DNA of 64,000 nucleotides from Trichoplax adhaerens. Taxonomy: Eukaryota > Animalia > Placozoa. The first letter of the stretch is position 1; every line of letters begins with the position of its first letter. The stretch covers positions 6,671,102 through 6,735,101 of the forward strand of contig NW_002060944.1 of the NCBI RefSeq assembly GCF_000150275.1. The letters run 5' to 3'. The position numbers and the translations under genes are program-made. Shown piece after piece: positions 35,946 to 47,477 of the stretch. The notes under the pieces are model-generated. The model was not told the origin of the DNA and did not search any database. It was given only the letters and a program-made list of their open reading frames with translations.

Positions 35946-38900
35946 ATGTGGGTGACACTAAGACAGACAAAATGTCTCATGTACAAAAATTTTCTGATAA
36001 AGAAAAGAGACAAAAAACAATTTCTGCAAGAGCTATTTTATCCTATTTACATGGTTGGTATACTGGCTATGATTCGGGCGTTAGTTAGACCGCAACAATA
36101 TCCCGAAATTAAAAATTTTCCTCAACTACCATTGGATAATATTACCACAAATATCAATCAAAGTTATCTCCTACTCTATTCTCCTAATAACAATGCTGAT
36201 ATCGATAAAATTATCCAGCAAGTGAGTCAAATGCTAGATCTAGAAAATCCACCCGTAGGCTTTGTTAATTCATCGGATATCGAGCAATACTACAGAATTG
36301 GCACCAACAGTCGAAGTATTTTGGGTGCAGTCATTTTCAACTCGTATAAATCGAATAATGTCTCTTATACTATTCGAATGCCTGACTCGGCTATTCCGTC
36401 TACTACGCACACTACAGCTACCGGCGGTATTACAGGTAATCACCATCGCTTGATCAACTTATAAGTAATATATGTACAATATATTATACAGTATAATTTA
36501 TAATGAGCAATTAGGTAATAGATACGGTACTGTTGCTACCAATGATTTTATTTAAGCTTTACAGTATTTTGCTGAATGTATATTGAAAGGTTATGGCTTC
36601 TTTTACAATAAATAGAACAGCTATGTAGGATTGGCCTTAACCGAGGCGCAAAAACGCTTATTTGTATTTCAGTGATTAAATTGCCTAATACTAGTGAATT
36701 CGAAATTTTCTCATTATCTTACTTCTTACTTACATACTATACTAACTGATATATTAGCTCACAATATGGCATAGTATAATATACAATAATATACAATTAT
36801 ACATACAGTAGTATTTTGCCTATCTATAGTAACATTGCATATAGCTATAACTCAAAAAATCTGAGAGTCTTTAATAAATCAACTATGGATTAATTTTATT
36901 TTTAAAATGTATGCATATTAGAATGATTTCGGTATATATCTTAATTAAAATTATTAACTGAAGGAAAATCTTTGATCTTTCATTACGTTAGTGCACACAA
37001 AATCTCATGTGCTCTGAATATTTATACCAGTCTAGGCAAAACTAAGATAAGATAACAAACATTAAAGTTTTAATAAACTTACAAATTGCACTTTTTAAAT
37101 ACGTATGCTAGGTTCATGTCGCAATAATCTTACCACTTATCTTCCTGCTATACGATGTCCTGCAAATACTTATTTATCATCCGGTTTCGCTACTATGCAA
37201 AATTTGATCGATTGGTCTATCACGCAAGTAAGTATATCGAGACTACGAAGCGAATTTCTACTTAATAACAATACGTTTATAATACAATAATGATTAGTAT
37301 TAGCAAAAGGCATTGATGATTGTAAGAACAAGGTGAATCTAAAAGATAATTTATTCCTTATCCCTTATGGAATTGAACTCTTCGCATTTCCGATTCCGTA
37401 TACAGTTGCAAAAATTGCACCATTTTCCATCTACTGCAATGTCTAATAGTCAAGTATTGTAGCTTTACATCATTATCAGTTTAAAATATTTTATACACTT
37501 GAGACTAATGACATACTATACAGCAATATGTGCATTCTTATTACATACATTTACTCCATTGTGGCTTGAAATCTTAATTAATTTACTCATCTTTTTAATG
37601 TATATATTTTTGCAGTCTATAAGTCAATTTAATTTGTATTATATTTGAAGTTGATACAATGGCCTCTTATATCTTAATTTATTGTTATTTTATGAGTAAC
37701 TAATGCTCTTTATATTAGCTGCTACAGAGATTTTAATCTTTAATTTTCTAATATACATTTACAATATAAAACATACCGCGTACAAGCGCAATAATTTATC
37801 TATCGATAAAATAATTAATCTTGATTATTGTTTCGACAAAACTTTAGGTCAAAGCTGGTTTATCTGATAGCCTGCCTAAATCAGAATTCTTCTTTCAATT
37901 AATGCCAAAAGGAGCATTTAGTGGCGGAGTCAGCTTTCTTCAAGTTTTCGTGTCAATCTATTTCGTTATGGCTTATGCGCCATTTGTCAATTTCTTACTG
38001 GTTGGCCTTGTAACAGAAAAAGAGAAAAAAATCAAGGAAGGCATGAAAATGATGGGGTTACGAACCTCAGCATTTTGGCTATCTTGGTTCCTAACGTACA
38101 CTCTGACGATATTAATTTCTACCATTGTTGTTACCATCATTGCAGTGGTAGCTTCTCTCTATAGAGCTAGTAATCCATTCATCATATTTCTCCTTCTGTT
38201 TCTTTATGGATTATCGATTGTTACATTCTCTTTTATGCTAACACCATTTTTCAATAAAGCCACCGTTGCTGGCGCTGTTGGTTCATTATCTACGGTAGCT
38301 TTCACTGCATTATATTTTCCGGTTACATTGCTGCCAACCCCACCATTTGCTAAATGGATTCTATCTTTGTTATCACCAGTTGCTTTAGCCTTAAGCTTAA
38401 GTCAGGTGCTTGTAGTTCGATTTTAATCTTCTAAATAAAGCTTAATTACTTAGTTCAGAATTTAAAACAATTTATTTACTTTTATAACTTCTCTTAGTTT
38501 AAATTGCACAATATTCATCTACTTCATAGGCTACTGCATTAGAGACAACTACAGGGGCCCAATTTAGTACTTTGGGCGTTGGAGAATTTCCGATTGGTGG
38601 AGGCATTCTAATGCTAATTTTTGACACAGTTCTATACCTATTTCTCGCAATCTACTTTGATTCGATATTGCCAAAGGAATATGGCCAACAATATCATCCT
38701 CTATTTTGCTTTTTCCCTTCATTTTGGCTTGGAAAAAGTTCTAATTCTGAAGGAACTTTTACCATTCCTGAAAATACGAATGTACAAGTAGATGTGGAAG
38801 ATATATCCGCAGATTTTCAAGGAAAAGAAGCCATTAGGTATTCCAGTCAGATAAAGATGTTTACTTGTGGAGTAGCTTAGCCTCACAAAACATGACTAAT

Positions 38901-41900
38901 AATAATATTTAATACTTATTTTTTGTCGTTTACTGGGCTTTATAGGATCGCAGGCATTACCAAATCATTTACCGATACTTCATCGAAAGAAAAAAAAGAA
39001 GTTATAGCTGTAGATAGTAAGTTAATTTGTTTAGAATACAGTTAACATTTTAAAATCCGAAGTAAATTTAAATATTAGCTATATCAATTTTTTCTATTAG
39101 ATTTCTGCTTTGATGTATACGAGGGTCAAATCACAGCTCTTTTGGGACATAATGGTGCTGGAAAGACTACTCTAATTGCTACATTGACTGGTCTTTTACC
39201 TACTACCAGGGGAACTGCATATATATATAATTATGACATAAACAAACCTGAAGAGATGACTAAGATCAGGGAGATTACCGGTTGGTATTTCCAGTTATAA
39301 TTAATATATTGTTTTATTTATTTATTATGCTAGCTTATTCGTCGATATAGCTACTGTAAAATGCGTTGTTTGCCATTGTATGCTAGAATATCCTAAAAAA
39401 TATTTTACTAGCTTAATCTATCATGTAAGATTTTCGACCTAATAGGTATCTAACGTAGCATTGAAACATTGATAATGTGGTACTCAATCAGTACTTTAAT
39501 TCTTTTGTAGGTGTATGTCCGCAACACGATATCCTATTTGACTCTCTCTCGGCTAGGGAGCATCTGGTAGTATTTGCTACCATAAAGGGTATACCAAATG
39601 ATCAAATCAATGCTGCTGTTGATAAAACCTTAGAAGACATCACGTTAATGGACAAGGCATCTACAAGAGCTTCTGATCTAAGCGGAGGTCAAAAACGAAA
39701 ATTATCAGTAGGAATTGCAATTATTGGTGATCCTAAGGTACCTTCTACTTAAGAATCTTGATCTGATAAATTACAGTATAAAAACAATGCAATAAATACT
39801 TACATAGTAATTTGGGCTTTTGCTCTAACTTTGTTTTCTTTCCGAAGGTTATATATTTAGATGAACCAACAAGTGGAATGGATCCTTTATCAAGGCGACA
39901 AATTTGGTCGCTTCTACAGAACCGACGAGAAGGAAAAGTAACATTGTTGACTACTCACTTCATGGATGAAGCCGATATTCTTGCAGGTTACTGATGACGG
40001 TTCCTCTTGTAGCATTTATCTCATGTTGAAAGTGTATAAAAATACGCGTATAAGTATAACTACAGAATTTACCAATATTTACTATTGACCCTTTTCAGAT
40101 CGCAAAGCAGTCGTTTCACATGGCAAACTACGATGTGCTGGATCTTCTCTTTATCTCAAGAATCGTTTTGGAATCGGCTATCATTTAGGTATGGTTACTA
40201 CGGCCGATTGTAATATAGATAAAGTGACAGAGTTGGTCCATGAGCATATACCGAAAGCCTTATTACAGAGATATCATGCTAGCGAGTTATCTTATCTTTT
40301 ACCGTTATCTGATGTTTCAAGATTTCCAGGTTAGCTAATGATCACCGTTAAGATCTGCTCTGTGTACAGCACAGATAACATGGTACCCTAGAATCATAAT
40401 ATATAATACGATCATGATATAAGTTACACCTTCGCAGTACGACATCACAATGCAGACCATTTAAGTGCGACAAACGATTTCAACAATTTAAATTTTTATT
40501 GATATATATAGACCTCTTTTCCCATTTGGAAAGTCCAGCTCATAATGAATTAGGCAGAACTTGTGCTGAAACCTGTGGTGTCTCAAGCTATGGAATATCT
40601 ATGACCACGCTAGAAGAAGTTTTCTTGAGACTTAAAGATGATGATGTACCAAACGATTTAAGTTCAATGGCAAAATCGCCGTTGGAAACCAATAAAGATA
40701 ATACGGATGGGCAAAGACCTAATGAAAGCATGTTTGACTTTAGAAACACTCGGCGTTTATCAATGAAAGAATTAATTCGACAACAATTCTTGGCATTACT
40801 AAGGATTCGATTCCTCGTTAACCGACGCGATCCATTAACTATCATATTTCGTGTAGTTTTACCGCCCGTGTTTGTAATTGTGGGACTAATATTCGCTAAC
40901 AACATTGGAGGTAACACAATTGCACAGCGTGATCCTCCTACCTTACAACTTTCGTCGCAGCTTTACCTCAATGAGTCTAATATATCGCCTTCCAAGAATA
41001 TATTTGCCGACTTGCTTATTAGAAATTCAACCTCTAGACCAATTAATACCTTTATCAATGATGTAGAAAAAATGAAACTTTATTACCAAATGAGTAATTT
41101 GTCAGCTGATTACTTACTAGATAACTATCCGCATACAATTGGTTATGATATCATGGCTTTCCAGAATACGTCAACAGTAAGCAATATTGCCTAACAAGCA
41201 GTAGTCATCTTTAATATAAATGATATTACATCACTGAAAGGGTGATTATACTATTTAAGCATTTTTATGTTTCTTAGGGAATAGCTTCCACATTAAATGT
41301 CCTTTATAACGATACGGCCGTACATAGTATTCCTGTTGCTATTAATCTTATCAACCAGATAAGGTTTGACAACGAAATGAAACGGCGTAAAGGTGTTAGT
41401 GGCAGTATCATTCATGTTTCTAGTAAACCTTTTCCACAAACCACAGCAGCCAGCAACTTTAACGGTGCTGCTTTTAGTGCACCTATTTTCATTGGATTAG
41501 CATTAAATGTCATTCCCGCAGGATTCGCTATAGAAGTTACCAGAGATAGGAAGGTATGCAGAAATCATATTATTGACATAAATTCTTATATTTATAATTT
41601 TGCGATCAAATGAGTAATCCTGACAGCCTTACGAATGTAACTTTTATGCAATATGTCCCATATCATATCAGGATCGAATTCGTCAATTGTTGAGAGCATC
41701 TGGTGTAACGAGCTCCACCTATTGGCTATCACTATTTACATGTGATTTTATCTCGTACCTCTTTCCGGTACTTTTGATGCTCATCATTATTCCTATCATG
41801 CATGTAGCCGCTTTTGTAGTTCCAGCTGCTATGGGAGTCCTATTTATGGCATCATTAACTTACATGCAATCCAATATCCTGCTGGCTTATGTTGCTTCTT

Positions 41901-44840
41901 TCTTATTTTCGTCGGTTGAGACATGTCAATCAGTTTTGCCTCCCGTATTAAATTTAGTGCGTATGCAGTAATTTAACTTTATTGCTTTATGTCATGAAAT
42001 TCGTAAGGTTATTTACAAATGCTTTACTTATTTTCAATAGCTACTTTTATTACCGACTATTGGTGTCTCATTACTAGATATGCTTGGGCAAGCAAATGCC
42101 GCTTTAATATTACACTTTGTCATGCTAGCAATAAACCCTACATACCCCATCGGAGGAGCAGTATATTTTATTGGCCAGGTATTTTTCGCATTGATAGTAG
42201 CTACGTCGTTCTATTTATTTAATTATTGTAGCTACTTAATATTTTTAGATCTAGTAAAATGAATAGTTTATATTTACGTAAACTATACGTTGTAAATTGT
42301 GTATCAGTATTCATGTTCCAGTACTGAATTTATTCGTTTATCGTATCAAGCTATATATTAGGCACATTATAGTTCATCCTAAAGAAACAATTCCGCCAAG
42401 TGCCTACTTTAGTCCGTCAAGTCCAATCCCATACTGCATTCTATTGGTAAAGCAGCTGTGAATAATAACTATTGCCGTAAGCGATTAAAAATACGTATGT
42501 CTTAAAATTAACATCGTCCTCATATCGTCTCTTTTAGCCTATCATCCACGGTGCTTTCCTATTCTATTTGTTACGCTATCTCGATTACAGGAATACTGGA
42601 ACATATGATGGTCGTGGACTGTTCGGGTAAAAAATTATTGATTGATATTTTTATTACACCCATATTGCTGTTTGATATAATTCAAGTTTTAATTTCAAAA
42701 AACGACTTTACAGCATTGGTGGTTCACCAACTCAACGTCCAGCATCTGGTTCGACAACCAGTGAAACGGCGGGATTGATTGGATCTGCGGCATCTATGTC
42801 TGAGGATGATGACGTTAGAGCTGAATATGATAGAATTTCAAAAGCGACAACATCAACCGATGTTCTTAAAGTGCAACGCCTTCGTAAAGAATTTTTGAAG
42901 CGTCCTGATGTTAGTGAAAAGAGCCAGCTATGTTGCGGTTCAAAGCCTGATAAGATAGTAAGCAAACGATTTGATAGCCAATGTAATAACATAATTTAGC
43001 CTATTTGACTGTGGTTTGCATTAATTGCATATTGTTTACTGGCATTATATCTTATGAGAAAAAGTAACATGCATCAGTAACTATACCTGTGTGCACTTAT
43101 TTCATTTGATTTACTTATTTAAGAAGCCATTTGTAATATTAGTAATAATTGTTATTTATGAAATCAGGCAGCTGTAGAAGATTTGTATTTTGGTATCGAA
43201 CATGGTGAAGTGTTCGGACTATTAGGCCCTAATGGAGCTGGTAAAACGACAACGTTGAATATCATTACCGGAGATATGGCTGCAACGAGAGGCGATGTAT
43301 GTAAAAAATATAATTAAGTCCCTTTACGATTCTTTAGCTTATATTTACGGTCGTTTATTGAAAAATTGAATGGAACCGAAAGCTCTGGAGTAACGAGATT
43401 TTTCTTATTTAGGTTTCCATTGCCGGCTACAATTTAAGTAAAGATATAACTCAAGCGTTAAGGAGTTTAGGTTTTTGTCCTCAACATGATGCATTATGGG
43501 AGCGCATTACTCTATCCGAACATCTTCATACTTACGCGGCCATTAAAGGTGTTCCAGCCGATATGATTACTGAGGCTGTCAACAGGTATACAATCATATC
43601 GTACATGTAGATATGCATAGAATGCAGTGTTAACAATAAAGCAAAAAACGATTGCGTCCTAATTTAGTTACTGATCACTTTTTAGGTTTATTACTGGAAT
43701 GGAAATTCAGGAACATGCTGAAAAATTTGCCAAAAAACTCTCTGGAGGAACCAAAAGAAAAGTAAAATGCTCTAGAATAAGTTACTATGTTAAAAAATAA
43801 GCAGAAAAAAGTAGTATCTATCGACCAAATTTTTAATATTCAATACGTTAACTGTGATTAAAACTTAGTTGAGTTTCGGAATGAGTATTATTGGATGCCC
43901 GAGATTATTGTTAATGGATGAACCTTCTACTGGAATGGACCCCGGTGCAAAACGATTCTTGTGGTAAACTGAACAGTCAGTAAATACTTATACAGTAAGC
44001 TAATTTAGCACTAATCTCTTGCTATTCATGTTCTTACAATTTTATTGGTCAGGAATTCTATTACCGCAAGTATTACCGATGAAACTGGAGCGGTAATTAC
44101 TACGCATTCAATGGAGGAAGCTGATGCGCTATGCTCAAGAGTTGGCATAATGGTTCGTGGCCAGCTACGGTAAGAATTTTGCTTTGGATTTTATAGAAAA
44201 TACAGCAGTACCGTAGATGCTTTCGGAATTGTAAGGTATTTTAATATAATTCAATCTTAATGCCGTATAAACAGTTGCTTGGGATCAACGCAACACTTAA
44301 AGAGTAAATATGGTGGAGGTTATCACCTGGAAGTTAAATTCTCTCCAGATAATATGGGAATAAATACCAATGGAGATCCATTACAGAGTGTTCACGAATT
44401 TGTTAAGAATACATTCCCTGCTGCTACGGAAGTAGAACATTTTGGCCATCGTATTATCTACAAGATTCCATCGTCTGACGTCAAATCATTAGCAAGATCT
44501 TTTGCTTGTTTAGAAGAAAGTCAGTGAATTATGCTATTATTTCTTTGTGCTGTTATGACCAAAGCATTAAATGAGATTTAATGATTTAAAACGAAATCGA
44601 TATTTTAGGTAAAGCAAAGATCGGAATTGTGGAGTATAGTTTTAGCCAATCAACCCTAGAGCAAGTAAGATCACTACTGTAAACTATGGAATTGTAGATT
44701 TATGTTTGAATTTTATCATAAATGCTTTATTTCTATTATTGTAGGTGTTCTTAGAATTTGCTAAAAAACAAGATGAAGAAACTGACACAGAAGATTCTTC
44801 ATCATCTATATCTATAGCTACTGGTCCTATGTTGGTTTAA
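35946..44840 (+). CDS. ABCA5: Full-size ABCA transporter (ABCA5-like), about 24 exons
   Basis: N-terminus [16 protein letters not shown]; [27 protein letters not shown]; NBD1 [10 protein letters not shown] (39101-39280), [58 protein letters not shown]; TTLEEVF; NBD2 [10 protein letters not shown] (43168-43296), [27 protein letters not shown]; SQSTLEQ|VFLEFA; stop TAA 44838-44840. The subfamily is certain; the ABCA5 clade assignment is by recalled similarity. Confidence 0.93.
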
Positions 44841-45650
44841 TGATGTTGACACAATACTGTATATTATTGTATTGCATTAGTATTTAACACTACTGCAAAT
44901 ATGGCTAGGAATTCCTTCTTGAAACCAAATTTCACATTGTTATTAAAGCCTCATAGTAAATACCTATAATAGGTTGTTATTATCTGTAACTTCATCTGAA
45001 TGTCACGTTTGTAGCAATGAAATAATTCATCCTAAAATCAGTTAAGAGAATTTACGAAAAAAGATAAATAATTTTATGCTCTCTTTGCATCCATTAATTA
45101 CTATATAGATGGTTTATGATGAGACTTTACACTTGATGTATGAACTAATATTTCAAATTTGTTATTTGTACGACTTTTGCAGCAAAAAAGTAAAATTTAT
45201 TCACTTTTTGTTAATAAAGACTATAAAGATCCTAAAAGATCATGGCAGCTATTACTTATACTATTACTGAAATGAATAATTATGTTAACTTATAAAGCCA
45301 ATGCACTAAATATTTTGTAAACAAATAATACTAAAGACGTAATACAATCGCTTTTCTACAGTGCATAGTAACTTTAGCCGGATATTATGCATATTAGCCG
45401 GTTACTATGCATACTAACCAAATTCGGGTTTTAGTCGTGATATATACTGGTAAACACCAGTATATCAAGGTGGATATTTTAGGCGATTAATAAACTGTGC
45501 TGTTGTCTGTACAGTACAATGATGTAATAACAGTTAGATTTCCGTTAAGAGCTCGCTGAGAGCTTATGAGTTGATCTCTATCATGGGGTACTGTGCAGTT
45601 ATTGAAAATGACACTGCTGGATATCAATGAGATGTTATTTCTTGTTATTT

Positions 45651-45885
45651 TAGTAACAACTTGTAATAATTAAAGGATAAAATAAAATTATAACCGCATT
45701 ATAACAGTAAGAGATTGAGCAATTAGTCTATTTTGGATGATCTGTATTAAGATCAAATTACGCATACACTAATATGGATGCACGAATAGTAGTAACAACT
45801 TGTTTTGGCCATCATTGACTTAAAGATAATAAAAGTATAAACATATTATAACAGCAAGAAATTGAACAACTAGTCTATTTTAGAT
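45651..45885. repeat. Old diverged tandem duplication (~140-bp period)
   Basis: TAGTAACAACTTGT...ATTATAACAG.AAGA.ATTGA.CAA.TAGTCTATTTT.GAT at 45651-45738 and 45790-45885. Confidence 0.8.
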
Positions 45886-45969
45886 AGCTAGTATCAAGTT
45901 TGACGAATATGCTTTTCGCTTATGCTTGAGTTTTAACTCCAATTTTTCATTTTATATTTGATGAAAATC

Positions 45970-46985
45970 AACGTGTCTTTATTTTCTTGCTTCCCGGACA
46001 ATTTTTATCACTTCTTCCGCTGTTTTTGCTCCTAGCTTAGCAAACTCACTAACATCTTTGACACGAACTTTCAATTCACCAAAAATCCTCGATCTACTGG
46101 GATACTTCTAAATTCCACAGCTGATATACGCGTATACCGAAAATACACGTAAAATCCCAGATAATTACTGTCCAGTTCTGTTAAATGAGCACATTATCGT
46201 AAACCGTCAGTAAAGCGACGGGAGCTTGCACTAATATATATATATATATTATACAGTATGAATGAATGGGTAAGAGTGTTCCACATAGCTAAAAATGGAG
46301 AGTTACTGTAAGACTAGAGAAATGCGGTATGTATATCAGTATATGTCATACACTCTACTACTACACAGTACACGGTATAAAGTTACTGAACCTCTGACAG
46401 GTCTACGACAAATGGTAATACTATCTGTTAAATGAGCAGATTATCGTAAACCATCAGCAAAGCGACGGGAGTTTGCACTAGTATGATTTGATAAGATCGG
46501 AATAATTGTGATAAAGAACTGATAATTTAGTTTTATTGCTATATCGGGATAACAGCGATCAAGGATTTGATAGCTGAATTTTGAATGACTTCTCATACAT
46601 AGAAATAGCCTCTTCATGCTTGCCTTGTTTATCATACACATTTCCTAGATTGTTATATGATCGAGCAACATCGGGATGATTATGACCTAAGACTGACGAT
46701 GTAATTTTGAGTGACTTTTCATACATAGAAATAGCCTCTTCATGCTTGCCTTGATTAGAATATACAGCTCCTATGTTGTTATATGATACGGCAACATGGG
46801 GATGATTATGATCTAAGACTGACAATGTAGTTTTGAGCGACTTCTCATACATAGAAATAGCTTCTTCATGCTTGCCTTGATCTAAATATACAGCTCCCAT
46901 ATTGCTATATAATGCGGCAACATCAGGATGATTATGATCTAAGACTGATAATGCAATTTTGAGTGACTTCTCATACATAGAAATA
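45970..46985 (-). other. Second copy (paralogue or uncollapsed allele) of the 3' end of the TPR gene
   Basis: 45970-46177 matches 47036-47243 with a few substitutions. 46481-46985 matches the end of the TPR array; ORF 46559-46978 has about 3.5 repeats ending KSFKIQLSNP*. Truncated by the gap at 46986. Confidence 0.9.
46177..46480. mobile_element. ~300-bp insertion bounded by 57-bp direct repeats
   Basis: TCTGTTAAATGAGCA.ATTATCGTAAACC.TCAG.AAAGCGACGGGAG.TTGCACTA at 46177-46233 and 46424-46480 (4 mismatches). Absent from the sister copy, which has about 63 bp (47244-47306) instead. Confidence 0.6.
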
Positions 46986-47035
46986 NNNNNNNNNNNNNNN
47001 NNNNNNNNNNNNNNNNNNNNNNNNNNNNNNNNNNN
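46986..47035. other. Assembly gap (50 N) between the two TPR copies
   Basis: Run of N. Confidence 1.
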
Positions 47036-47477
47036 AACGTGTCTTTATTTTCTTGCTTCCCGGACAATTTTTATCACTTCTTCCGCTGTTTTTGCTCCTA
47101 GCTTAGCAAACTCACTAACATCTTTGACACGAACTTTCAATTCACTAAAAGTCCTCGATCTACTGGGATACTTCTAAATTCCACAGCTGATATACGCGTA
47201 TACCGAAAATACACGTAAAATCCTAGATAATTACTGTCCAGTTACATCACTCCATTACTTTTTTACTTGATTAGTTTCTTCATTCTCAATTGCAACTGGC
47301 ATATTATATGATTTGATAAGATCGGAATAAATGTGATAAAGAACTGATAATTTTGTTTTATTGCTATATCGGAATAACAGCGATCAAGGATTTGATAGCT
47401 GAATTTTGAATGACTTCTCATACATAGAAATAGCCTCTTCATGCTTGGCATGTTTATCATACGCATTTCCTAGATTG

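Noticed and set aside
47384-47386. Selenocysteine reading of the in-frame TGA
   Set aside because: No SECIS-like structure was recognised, and the TGA appears to result from a one-base shift, since the adjacent frame reads ILDRCYSDIA, like VLDHNHPDIA.
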